Source of the DNA: an uncultured Acidimicrobiales bacterium | Lineage (GTDB): Bacteria; Actinomycetota; Acidimicrobiia; Acidimicrobiales; SZUA-35 | Assembly: GCA_963717115.1 (NCBI GenBank) | Contig: CAVQVO010000002.1 | Coordinates: 640,497-704,496 of the forward strand | Length of the DNA stretch: 64,000 bases | Direction: 5' to 3' | In this document: one piece after another, positions 19,134 to 28,108 of the stretch | How positions within the stretch are numbered: the stretch's first letter is position 1 | Layout: the number at the start of each line of letters is the position of its first letter | Translations under genes and position numbers: made by a program | Notes under the pieces: model-generated | Databases searched by the model: none | The model's input: only the letters and a program-made list of their open reading frames with translations | What the model was told of the DNA's origin: nothing

Positions 19134-20006
19134 ATGGGGGAGATCATCGGGGTCGGACTCGTGTCGCACGTACCCACGATCATGTTGGCGCCCGAGATCC
19201 GGCGCGAGCTCAACGACGGCAACGAGATCAGCCTCGTCCCCGGCCTGCACCGGCTGAAGTCCGAGGTGCTCGATCGACTGCAGCCCGACACGATCGTCGT
19301 CCTCGACACCCACTGGGCCTCGACCGTCGAGGTGCTCGTGACCGCCCAGCCTCGACGTCGGGGCCTCTACACGTCCGAGGAACTCCCGAGAGGGATGGCG
19401 TCGGTGCCCTACGACCTCCCCGGCGATCCCGACCTGGCCCGTGCCTTCGCCGAGGAGGTCTGCGCCGACGGATCGTGGGCGACCGCCGTCGACGACGAGC
19501 ACCTCCCGATCCACTATCCGATCGTCAACCTGGCCCACTACCTCCAGGGACCCGAGCGGTGGATGGGTATCGCCACGGTGCAGACCGGCGAGACCGACGA
19601 CTTCCTGCTGTTCGGTCGTGCCCTGCACCGAGCCGTCGAGCGCAGCGACCGCCGGGTCGTGGTCCTCGCGTCAGGCGGGATGAGCCACCGGTTCTGGCCC
19701 CTGCGTCAGCTCCGCGATCACGAGGCGTCGGATCCGGTGCACCTGCGCTCTCCCGAGGCTCGGGCCGCCGACGAACTCCGGCTCGAGTGGATGCGCGCCG
19801 GCGACCACCGTTCCGTCATCGACACCATGGCCGAGTACTCGGCCTTCGCCCCGGAGGGTCGCTTCGGGCACTACCTGACCATGATCGCCGCCGTTGGGGG
19901 CCCCGACTGCCGGGCGCCGGGCACGATGTTCAGCGACTACGAGAACTCGGTGGGCACGGGTCAGGTCCACGTGTGGTTCGACCGCCCCGAGTCCGGCTGG
20001 GTCTGA
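19134..20006 (+). CDS. class III extradiol ring-cleavage dioxygenase (LigB / catalytic subunit B family)
   Basis: The start MGEIIGVGLVSHVPTIM follows GAAGGTGG. The features LDTHW, ASGGMSH and a length of about 290 aa fit the LigB family. Confidence 0.8.
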   Translation: MGEIIGVGLVSHVPTIMLAPEIRRELNDGNEISLVPGLHRLKSEVLDRLQPDTIVVLDTHWASTVEVLVTAQPRRRGLYTSEELPRGMASVPYDLPGDPDLARAFAEEVCADGSWATAVDDEHLPIHYPIVNLAHYLQGPERWMGIATVQTGETDDFLLFGRALHRAVERSDRRVVVLASGGMSHRFWPLRQLRDHEASDPVHLRSPEARAADELRLEWMRAGDHRSVIDTMAEYSAFAPEGRFGHYLTMIAAVGGPDCRAPGTMFSDYENSVGTGQVHVWFDRPESGWV

Positions 20007-20016
20007 GCGGGCGGCG

Positions 20017-20082
20017 ACGGAGGGCCGCCCGCAGGGCAGTGACCCTCCGTGGCTCGAACGGGCCGCCCGCAGGGCAGTGACC
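20017..20082. repeat. 23-bp perfect direct repeat (GGGCCGCCCGCAGGGCAGTGACC, 2 copies) with a terminator-like hairpin, between convergent genes
   Basis: The copies lie at 20022-20044 and 20060-20082. The first is enclosed by the 8-bp stem ACGGAGGG with CCCTCCGT (20017-20050). Confidence 0.6.
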
Positions 20083-20085
20083 GCC

Positions 20086-20805
20086 TCAGTGCCGTCCGGC
20101 TCGAGCTCGATCGATCAACCAGGCCCAGACCGGCTCGAGGCCGTCGAGCATCTCGGGATGCCACTGGACGGCGAGGACGTCGTGGCCGACCAGCTCGAGC
20201 GCCTCGATCGTGCCGTCGTCGGCCCGCCCGGCGATGGCGAGGCCGTTGCCCAGTCGGTCGACGGTCTGGTGATGCAACGAGTTGACCATCAGCTCCGGGC
20301 CGTAGAGCCTCCCCAGCCGGGAGTCGGGGACGAACGAGACCGGATGGCAGCGGTCGTCGGTTGCGAGGTCGTAGCGGGCGTGCTCGGGCACGCTCTGGTG
20401 GAGCGTGCCACCGGCGTGGACGTTGAGGATCTGGAGACCGCGACAGATGCCGAGGACCGGTACCCCGGCGGTCACGGCCCCGTCGAGCAGCGCGAACTCG
20501 AATTCGTCTCGTTCCGGTTCGGTGTCGCTGGCGGTGTTCGCCTGGCCGTAGCGCTCGGGCTCGACGTCGGCACCACCCGAGAGCACGATGCCGTCGAGCA
20601 GGTCGAGGTACAGCCTCGGGTCGGCATCGACGGGGAGGTGGACGGGAAGGCCTCCGGCGGCGAGGACGGCGCGGGTGTAGTCGGTGAAGTACAGGTCGAT
20701 GTCGAGATCGGCGAGGTTGTCGGGGAATCCGACCAGCGAGCCGACCTTGCGGCGACGGCCGGGGAGACCGATCAGGGGCCGGGAGGAACCGTTCGGGTCG
20801 TTCAT
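20086..20805 (-). CDS. gamma-glutamyl-gamma-aminobutyrate hydrolase family protein (peptidase C26, PuuD-like)
   Basis: The start is MNDPNGSSRPLIGLPGRR. The nucleophile-elbow context is PVLGICRGLQILN, and the C-terminal segment is AVQWHPE. Confidence 0.88.
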   Translation of the reverse strand: MNDPNGSSRPLIGLPGRRRKVGSLVGFPDNLADLDIDLYFTDYTRAVLAAGGLPVHLPVDADPRLYLDLLDGIVLSGGADVEPERYGQANTASDTEPERDEFEFALLDGAVTAGVPVLGICRGLQILNVHAGGTLHQSVPEHARYDLATDDRCHPVSFVPDSRLGRLYGPELMVNSLHHQTVDRLGNGLAIAGRADDGTIEALELVGHDVLAVQWHPEMLDGLEPVWAWLIDRARAGRH

Positions 20806-21578
20806 GATGCGCTCGCCTCGTGATCGGGTCGGCCGCCGGATCCGAGATCGGTGTCGAGCTCGGCGACCTCGGCGAGGAACCAGTCGACCAGCCGGAAGGT
20901 GTTCGGGCGGGCGAGCCGTGCATTGGCCTCGGAGTCCGCCAGCAGTCGGTCGGCGGAGATGCCGGCCGCCTCGAGCTCGCCGTGCCCGCCCATGTCGAGC
21001 CAGGCTTCGACATGGGCGCGGTCGACCTCGGGATGGAACTGGACGCCGAGGTTCCGTCGCAACCGGAATGCCTGCACGCAGGTGTCGTCGGACGCGAGCA
21101 CCTCGGCGTCGGGCGGGGGGTCGCTGCGGTCGTAGTGCCACTCCATCCACGGTCCGGAAGCGATCGCGTCGGGAACCCGCGACTCGACGTGGAACCACCC
21201 GACCTGGGGGGTCTCGGCGGGCAGGGTCCGCCCGCCCAGGGCGCTGGCAAGGGCCTGGAACCCGAAGCAGACGCCGAACACCGGCACGTCCGCGGCATCG
21301 GCCGCCCGGAGGAAATCGAGTTCGCGGCCGATCCAGGAGCCGATGGTCTCGTCGTCGTAGACCGACCAGACGGCCCCCATCGGCACGATCAGGTCGAAGT
21401 CGGTGGGGTCGGGGAACGGCACGTCGCTGTGGGGATCGTCGAACGGTGCGATCGGCAGCTCGACCAGTTCGAAGCCGTGTTGACGCAGGCGCTCGCCGAC
21501 CATGGTCGGCATCGAACCGGGATCGTGGACGACGACGAGGGCACGCATCGCGGCGAGGGTAACCGCCGATTCGCTCAT
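20802..21578 (-). CDS. class I glutamine amidotransferase-like protein (GATase1, GuaA-N-like)
   Basis: This is a 258-aa ORF with VFGVCFGFQAL (Cys elbow) and GVQFHPE. Its stop overlaps the PuuD-like start. Confidence 0.8.
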   Translation of the reverse strand: MSESAVTLAAMRALVVVHDPGSMPTMVGERLRQHGFELVELPIAPFDDPHSDVPFPDPTDFDLIVPMGAVWSVYDDETIGSWIGRELDFLRAADAADVPVFGVCFGFQALASALGGRTLPAETPQVGWFHVESRVPDAIASGPWMEWHYDRSDPPPDAEVLASDDTCVQAFRLRRNLGVQFHPEVDRAHVEAWLDMGGHGELEAAGISADRLLADSEANARLARPNTFRLVDWFLAEVAELDTDLGSGGRPDHEASAS

Positions 21579-22261
21579 GCGAGGTGCTCGGCCAGTCCGG
21601 CCCGGATGTGGTCGACGATCGCGGCGTGGGCCTCGTCGGGATCGCCGGCGGCGATGGCCTCGACGAGGCCGAGATGATCGGCCTCGAGCGTCGCCTGGAC
21701 GTCCACGGGGAACGTCTGGCTGTAGGCGAACAGCGCGAGCGTGGCGCCCCAGAGCGAATCGAACGCCGCGAGCAACGGTCGGTTGCCGCTCTGTTCGACG
21801 AACGCCCGGTGCACCCGCCGGTTGGCGACGTAGGCGGCCGTCGTCGCCGAGTCGTCGGCGGCCGCAGCGATCGCCACCCGGATCCGCTCGACCCGTCGCT
21901 CGAGGTCGGGTGACGCGCAGAGCAGGCGGACCGAGTGCCCCTCGATGGCCTCCCGGGCCTGATAGAGCTCGACCACCTCGCGGGTCCCGACCGTTCGCAC
22001 CTCGTAGCCCCGGCGGCCGGCCGGCTCGACGAGTCCTTCGGACTCGAGCCGCAGCAGGGCATCTCGGACCGGGGTGCGCGACACGTCGAACGCCTCGGCC
22101 AACTGGTCCATCACCAGCCGGTCACCGGGCGCGATCCGCCGTTCGAGGACCGCCTCGACGAGTGCGTCGTAGACCTGGTGGGCGAGGGTCGGACGGCCGG
22201 CGTCGAGCGGGGTCACATCGATCAGGGATCCGCCGGATCGACTCGGGAGCTCAGACGACAT
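21575..22261 (-). CDS. GntR family regulator (FCD domain)
   Basis: The start is MSSELPSRS (ATG 22261). The HTH is LAHQVYDALVEAVLERRIAPGDRLVMDQLAEAFDVSRTPVRDALLRLESEGLV. It overlaps both neighbouring genes. Confidence 0.85.
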   Translation of the reverse strand: MSSELPSRSGGSLIDVTPLDAGRPTLAHQVYDALVEAVLERRIAPGDRLVMDQLAEAFDVSRTPVRDALLRLESEGLVEPAGRRGYEVRTVGTREVVELYQAREAIEGHSVRLLCASPDLERRVERIRVAIAAAADDSATTAAYVANRRVHRAFVEQSGNRPLLAAFDSLWGATLALFAYSQTFPVDVQATLEADHLGLVEAIAAGDPDEAHAAIVDHIRAGLAEHLA

Positions 22262-23444
22262 AGCCGTCGCGGGTCTGGGGCAGCCGAGTGTCGAGCAGGC
22301 GAGAGGCGACGACCGTGCGCAGGATCTGTGCCGTTCCGCCGCCGATCGTGAACATGCGGACGTCGCGACACATTCGTTCGAGCGGATTGTTGCGTGAATA
22401 CCCGGCGGCGCCGAACAGCTGGAGCGCGTCGTTGGCGACGTCGATGGCGTTCTCGGCGGTGAAGATCTTCGCCTGAGCCGCCAGGGTCGGGTCGGGAAAG
22501 GCGCTGCCATCGGGGCCACGGGACTCCGCAGCCCGGTAGGTGAGGCTCCGGGCGGCCTCGAGTCGAGTGCTCATGTCGGCCAACATCCACTGCAGACCCT
22601 GGAACTCGGCGATCGGACGACCGAACTGCTCGCGCTGTTTCGTGAACGCCAGCGCCTGCTCGTAGGCCCCGGTGGCGATCCCGAGGGCGACGGTTCCGGC
22701 GCCGACCCGTTGGGCGTTGTACGCGTTCATCAGATCGGCGAATCCCCGTCGGAACCCCGAGGGCGGCAACAGCACCATGTCGGCGCCGACGTGGAGGTCG
22801 TCGAAGAACACCTCGGTCTCGGGAATGCCCCGCAGACCCATCGTCGGCTCCCGCCGACCGATCCGCAGCCCCTCGGTCTCGTCGCGGATCGCGAGGAAGC
22901 CGCCGAGACCGAGCTCGGCTCCCGCCTCGTCGAAGACGCGAGCGAAGATCAGGTGCAGACGCGACACCCCTCCCCCGGTGATCCAGTGTTTCCGGCCGTT
23001 GATGACGTAGCCGTCTCCCACCCGATCGGCCCGCGTGGTCATCTGCGAAGCCGCCGAACCGGCGTCGGGCTCGGTGATACAGATCGCCGGCTTGTCGCCG
23101 GACAGGACGTACGACGCCGCCAGCCGTCGTTGGTCGTCGGTTCCGTAGGCGAGGATGGCGGAGACGGCCCCCATGTTGGCCTCGACGGCGATCCGTCCGG
23201 TGACGCCGCACACCTTCGCCATCTGCTCGACGACGAGCACGGCATCGAGCAGGGAGTGGCCAGGCCCCCCGAGCTCGGGTGGGACGCACATGCCCGTGAA
23301 CCCGGCCTCCTGCAGCGCCGCGACGTTGTCCCACGGATACTGCTCGGTGCGGTCGACCTCGGCCGCTCGCGGCGCGATCACCCGATCGGCGAGTTCGGCG
23401 GCCCGGGCCTGCAGGGCGAGTTGTTCGTCGGTGAGTTGCCACAT
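22251..23444 (-). CDS. acyl-CoA dehydrogenase
   Basis: This is a 397-aa ORF with the motifs ICITEPDAGSAAS, WITGGG and QFGRPIAEFQGLQWMLADM. Confidence 0.95.
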   Translation of the reverse strand: MWQLTDEQLALQARAAELADRVIAPRAAEVDRTEQYPWDNVAALQEAGFTGMCVPPELGGPGHSLLDAVLVVEQMAKVCGVTGRIAVEANMGAVSAILAYGTDDQRRLAASYVLSGDKPAICITEPDAGSAASQMTTRADRVGDGYVINGRKHWITGGGVSRLHLIFARVFDEAGAELGLGGFLAIRDETEGLRIGRREPTMGLRGIPETEVFFDDLHVGADMVLLPPSGFRRGFADLMNAYNAQRVGAGTVALGIATGAYEQALAFTKQREQFGRPIAEFQGLQWMLADMSTRLEAARSLTYRAAESRGPDGSAFPDPTLAAQAKIFTAENAIDVANDALQLFGAAGYSRNNPLERMCRDVRMFTIGGGTAQILRTVVASRLLDTRLPQTRDGYVV

Positions 23445-23540
23445 GTCAGAGCCTCGGTTCGGTCGGGATGATCGGGGTGGGGGGCGGCCGGTCGGCGACG
23501 AGGGCGGTCGCCGCGGTCACCCGGAGATGGTCGAGGGGCA

Positions 23541-24845
23541 TCACCGAACGGTCGCCTCGACCGGCAGCGTGGCGACGCCGTTGACGAAGTTGGACCGCAC
23601 GTAGGCGACCGGACCGGTCGACACCAGCTCGATCCGCCGTTCGTGCAGGCCCTCGAGCAACAGGGCGAGCTCCAAACGGGCCAGTGAGGCGCCCAGGCAG
23701 AAATGGGCGCCGCCTCCGCCGAAGGCCACGCTGGCCGGCACCTTGGGACGGGCGAGGTCGACTCGGAGCGGTCGGTCGAAGACCGACTCGTCGAAGTTGG
23801 CCGCGGCGTACCACATCACGACCTTGTCGCCGGCTCGGACGGTGGTTCCCGCCAGCTCGGTGTCGCGGGTCGCCGTGCGCCGGAAGTACAGGATCGGCGA
23901 ACTGAACCGGACGACCTCGTCGGCTGCGGCCTCGAGCAGCGTCGCACGATCGCCGCCGGTCTCGGGATCGGCGAGGCGACGGCCCAGGCGATCGAACTCG
24001 TCGCCGAACTCGATGCGCTGCAGCGCCAGGTGGGCCATGGCCGAGCGGGTCGTCTCGTTGCCGGCGAAGATCATGAGTTGGAAGAACCGGGCGAACTCGG
24101 TCTCGTCGAGGCGATCGCCGTCGATCTCGGCGAAGGCCAGCTTGGTCAGCAGGTCGTCGCCGGGATCGGCCAGCACTCGGGCCCGGGCCTTCCTGGCGTA
24201 GTCCTCGATCCCCCACGCCGCAGGACTGTTGAACGGCAGCTCGCGCAGCGGAGCGGTGTTGCCGTAGGCATGGGGGTCGAGCGTCGAACCCGAGGTCCCC
24301 TCGACCAGGTGGTCCGACAGCTCGATCATGAGCCGGTGGTCGGCCTCGGGAACACCGAGGATGTCGCAGATCACCCCGATCGGGATGGGCGCCGCGACGG
24401 TGTCGACCCAGTCGCCGCCTCCGGCATCGGTCAGTCGGTCGAGCGCTCCGTCGATCCGCTTCTTCGCTGCTTCGCGGTAGCCCATGACGTGTCGAGGCGT
24501 GAAGGCGGCGCTGACGAGGCGCCGCAACCGGGTGTGCATCGGCGGGTCGAGGTCGATCATCGACGCCCGGGCGTCGCGGACGTCGTCGTCGATGTCGTAG
24601 ATCTGGATGTGGCCGACCTCGGAGGAGTAGGTGTCGGTGTCCCGGGAGACCGCGACGACGTCGGCGTGACGGACCACCGACCAGAATCCGCGGCCGTGCG
24701 GGCCGTCGGGGTTGGGTACCAGCCCGGGCCGTTCGCGCAGCTCGGCGAAGACGGCGTGGGGGATCCCGCGGTCGTACAGGCCGGGATCGGCCAGATCGAC
24801 TCCGAGCCCGTCGGGATGTGTGGTCGATGGCGCGGTGGGATTCAT
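23541..24845 (-). CDS. cytochrome P450 (CYP124/125/142-like clan), P450-3
   Basis: This is a 434-aa ORF. The heme loop is FGGGGAHFCLGASLAR, the I-helix is IFAGNETT and the ExxR is DEVVRF. Its ATG overlaps the upstream stop (ATGA). Confidence 0.95.
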   Translation of the reverse strand: MNPTAPSTTHPDGLGVDLADPGLYDRGIPHAVFAELRERPGLVPNPDGPHGRGFWSVVRHADVVAVSRDTDTYSSEVGHIQIYDIDDDVRDARASMIDLDPPMHTRLRRLVSAAFTPRHVMGYREAAKKRIDGALDRLTDAGGGDWVDTVAAPIPIGVICDILGVPEADHRLMIELSDHLVEGTSGSTLDPHAYGNTAPLRELPFNSPAAWGIEDYARKARARVLADPGDDLLTKLAFAEIDGDRLDETEFARFFQLMIFAGNETTRSAMAHLALQRIEFGDEFDRLGRRLADPETGGDRATLLEAAADEVVRFSSPILYFRRTATRDTELAGTTVRAGDKVVMWYAAANFDESVFDRPLRVDLARPKVPASVAFGGGGAHFCLGASLARLELALLLEGLHERRIELVSTGPVAYVRSNFVNGVATLPVEATVR

Positions 24846-26195
24846 GTCGGGTGCTCCTCGGGCCGGGGAGGCTCGATCGACGACGCAGGGTCGGGGCGGG
24901 GAACGACGACCTCACCGGCGACCAGGTCGATGACCTGACGCTGGGCGAGCGAGCCGCCGAGCTCGGGCAATCGGGGGGCCAATGACCGGAGCATCGCCAC
25001 GCCGGTGCCGTCGCTCGACCCGCCGAGCAGCAGGAGGGCCTCGGTCAGCGGTTCGACGACCTCGACGAAGAGCCGATCGTTCTCGGAGCCCGGTGGGCGG
25101 TGGGCGACGGTCTGGGTGGCGCGCCAGGCATCACCGAGTGCGGGATCGCTCCGTGCCGCCAGGGCGGCGTGCAGATCGAGGAAGCCGCAGGTGTGGCGGG
25201 CCGCCGCCCGGTGCCAGGCGTCGACCACCGGCCCCCATCGCTCGCCGACATCGACGTTGCCGACCTCGAGCCGCACCAGCAACGAGGTGAGATCGGCCAG
25301 GGTGAAGGGTCGGGATGGGTCGATCGGGAGCAGATCGGCGACGGCGAGCGCCTCGTCGACGCGCCCGTCGGCGACCAGTCGGATCCCCCGGTGCCACCAC
25401 AGGTGGGCCGCCAGCAGATCCTGGCGGGGCCACGAACCGTCGGGGTCGAGGAGTTCGTAGAGCGCCGCGGACCGGCCCTGCATCTCGTGGACGTGCGCGG
25501 CGGCGTGCCGAGCCCACAGATCGTCGGCGTTGATCTCGAGCGCCCGGTTCGCCGCCTGGAGCGCCTCGTCGTGGCGACCCACCTCTTCCCAGGCGAAGGC
25601 CAACTGGCCGAGGACGTGCCCGTGAGCGGCCTCGTCGGGCTCGAAGCTCGTCGTCGCCCGGCGACTCGAGACCAGACGGGAGCGGTCGTCACCGATGTGC
25701 AGGTAGACGTCGTGGGCGAAGCGGATGGCCGCCAGGTCTCGGGGCCGGCGGTCGATGACCTGCTCCCAGGCCGCCGCCGCCCGGGAGAACTCCCCGGCGG
25801 CCAGCAGGCGGACGGCGGTGACGTGCCCGGCCTCGCGGTCGGCGACGGTCGTCGGGGGACTCGAGCGATGCCAGGTCGGCGACGATGGTCTCGTGATCGC
25901 TCGGTTGGCCGGCGAGCACGAGCGCCGTGATGCGGAACACCCGACCGAGCACGAACCGGGGATCGGCGTCGATGGCCGGGCCGAGACGACCCAGCGGATC
26001 GCCGACGAACGCCAGGTAGTCGTCGTAGGCCCGGTTCCAGGCCTCGATCGACGAGGGCGAGCCGTCGATCGGCACGTCCCAGCGGTCGAGCCCGGCCGTC
26101 GACGGGAGGGTGGTCGAGGGGAGGGTGGTCGAGGGGAGGGTGGTCGGTGCCGGGAGGGTTGGGGCCGCGGGGAGGTGGCCGGGCTGATTCGTCAT
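24842..26195 (-). pseudogene. tetratricopeptide-repeat (TPR) protein translationally coupled to P450-3; one +1 frame disruption
   Basis: The N-terminal part (MTNQPGHLP...ADLASLESP, ATG 26195, RBS GAGGAG) and the C-terminal part (TTVADREAGHVTAVRLLAAGEF...) are in different frames. They join at a C5/G5 run at 25855-25859. The span is 1354 nt, which is 3n+1. It contains a coding 3 x 15-bp repeat (TTLPS x3) at 26104-26148. Confidence 0.7.
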
Positions 26196-26227
26196 GCGGT
26201 CTCCTCTCGGCTGTCGGCGTTCCGTGT

Positions 26228-26239
26228 TTCGTATACGAA
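26228..26239. promoter_or_regulatory. perfect 12-bp palindrome TTCGTATACGAA in the 57-bp TPR / SDR divergent intergenic region
   Basis: I read this directly. It is AT-rich in a GC-rich background and centred between two divergent starts. Confidence 0.4.
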
Positions 26240-26252
26240 CGAACCCTAGGAT

Positions 26253-27143
26253 GTGTCCCTCGACACCGCAACCGGCAGGATGGGCACCGTGAACCCGTCC
26301 CGAGAACCCGAACCGCCACCCGATCGGCCGGAGCCGAACCCCGGCGATCACCTCCCCGATGTCCCGGTGGCCCTGATCACCGGCGGCGGCAGCGGCATCG
26401 GTGCCGCCGTGGCCCGCGAGTTGGCCGACCGGGGATGGCGGGTCGCCGTCACCGGCCGTCGCCGCGAACCACTCGAGGCCGTGGCGAGCGCCATCGACGG
26501 TCTGGCCATCGCCGGCGACACCACCGATGCCGATTCCGCCCGGTCGGCCGTCGCCGCCACGCTCGAGCGGTTCGGCCGACTCGACGGCCTGGTGCTCAAC
26601 GCCGGGCAGGGTGCCGTTGCCGCCCTCCCCGATCTCGATCCCGACGTGTTCGCCTCGATCCTGGCCACCAACGTCATCGGGGCGGCGATCATGGCGCAGG
26701 CCGCGCTCCCCCATCTGCTCGCGTCGCCTCACCGGGGAGCGATCGTGTCGGTGTCGTCGGTGGCCGGACTGCGGGCGACCCCATCCTCGATCGCCTACTG
26801 CTCGTCGAAGGCGGCGATGATCATGATGACCAACTGCATCGCCCTCGATCACGGACCGGCCGGGCTGCGGGCGAACTCGGTCTGTCCCGGCTGGACCCGC
26901 ACCCCCATGGCCGACGCCGAGATGGACGAACTCGGTCGCTCGATCGCCGCCGATCGGGAGCAGGCTTACGTGGCGGCCACTCGCCACGTCCCGCTGCGCC
27001 GACCGGCGACGGCCGACGAGGTGGCGGCGACGGTCTGCTGGTTGCTCTCACCCGAGTCGTCCTACGTCACCGGAGCGGTGCTCAACGTCGACGGCGGCAG
27101 CATCGGCGTCGACGTCGCGACCACGCTGTTCGGCCCGGCATGA
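26253..27143 (+). CDS. short-chain dehydrogenase/reductase (SDR) family oxidoreductase
   Basis: The cofactor motif is ITGGGSGIGAA and the catalytic motifs are SSVAG...YCSSKAA. The true start may be the ATG at 26280 (MGTVNP). Confidence 0.88.
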   Translation: MSLDTATGRMGTVNPSREPEPPPDRPEPNPGDHLPDVPVALITGGGSGIGAAVARELADRGWRVAVTGRRREPLEAVASAIDGLAIAGDTTDADSARSAVAATLERFGRLDGLVLNAGQGAVAALPDLDPDVFASILATNVIGAAIMAQAALPHLLASPHRGAIVSVSSVAGLRATPSSIAYCSSKAAMIMMTNCIALDHGPAGLRANSVCPGWTRTPMADAEMDELGRSIAADREQAYVAATRHVPLRRPATADEVAATVCWLLSPESSYVTGAVLNVDGGSIGVDVATTLFGPA

Positions 27144-28108
27144 CGGCCGCCGAGCCCAGCCCGAGGCTGTTGATGATCCTGACCGAGAACCACACCCTCG
27201 TCGATCCGGACGACCTCGAGGGCCTGGTCGAGTTGGCCACCATGGCCGACGACGCCGGGTTCGATGCGGTGATGCTGAGCGAGCACGTTGCGCTCGGCCC
27301 GTCGGCCGACGCCGCCGGACTGCCGTCGAACCCTCGGATGTACGCGGCCCCGGGCAACCAGGACCCCACGATGGCCTGGCCCAGCACCCCGGTGCTCGCC
27401 GGGGCGATCGCCAACGCCACCGATCGGGTGCGGATCGTGCTCGGCGCGCTCATCACACCGTTGCGCCACCCGGTCGCCCTGGCCAAGGACCTGGCAACGC
27501 TCGACCGACTCTCGAACGGCCGCCTCGTCGTGCAACCCACCGTGTCGTGGCACGCCGAGGAATACGCGGCACTCGGGGTGCCCTTCGAGCACCGAGGCCG
27601 CATCCTCGACGAACAACTCGAGGCCATGACCGCGCTGTGGGGAGCCTCACCGGCCAGTCACCACGGGCACCACTTCGACTTCACCGACGTCTACAGCGAA
27701 CCGAAGGCCTTCCGAGCCGAGGGCCCGCACCTGTGGTTCGGGGGTCAGACCCTGCATCGTCGACTGCTCGATCGCCTCGTCCGGCACGGTTCGGGATTCC
27801 ATCCGTTCGGCAGACCGACCGACGCCGACCTGGCGCTGCTGCGCGACGCCCTCCGGGGGGCCGGCCGGGATCCGAGCGGTTTCGAGATGGTCGGTGGCAC
27901 CGATGCGGTGTTCACCGGCCGAGACGACGTCGCCGATCTCGACCTCGCCATGCGCGGGTTCGCCGAACAACTCGAACGGGGTTTCACCACGTTCTGCATG
28001 AAGCCGTCGCAGCACACCGACCGTGTCGACGAGGTGCCCGACCTGTGCCGCCGGATGCTCGACCACGTCGCCGGGCTCGACCGCCCGCCCGAGAGCCTCA
28101 CCGTTTGA
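27140..28108 (+). CDS. luciferase-like monooxygenase (LLM) class flavin/F420-dependent oxidoreductase
   Basis: The start MTAAEPSPRLLMIL overlaps the SDR stop (ATGA). The segments FDAVMLSEHV and LATLDRLSNGRL are typical of LLM TIM-barrel proteins. Confidence 0.82.
   Translation: MTAAEPSPRLLMILTENHTLVDPDDLEGLVELATMADDAGFDAVMLSEHVALGPSADAAGLPSNPRMYAAPGNQDPTMAWPSTPVLAGAIANATDRVRIVLGALITPLRHPVALAKDLATLDRLSNGRLVVQPTVSWHAEEYAALGVPFEHRGRILDEQLEAMTALWGASPASHHGHHFDFTDVYSEPKAFRAEGPHLWFGGQTLHRRLLDRLVRHGSGFHPFGRPTDADLALLRDALRGAGRDPSGFEMVGGTDAVFTGRDDVADLDLAMRGFAEQLERGFTTFCMKPSQHTDRVDEVPDLCRRMLDHVAGLDRPPESLTV

Noticed and set aside
26104-26148. 15-bp x3 tandem repeats inside coding regions (TTLPS x3 in the TPR protein, TTVAP x3 at about 35041-35100 in the LPXTG protein), considered as regulatory repeats.
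   Set aside because: They are in frame within Thr/Pro-rich linker regions of real genes. Ordinary low-complexity linker expansion is sufficient explanation.
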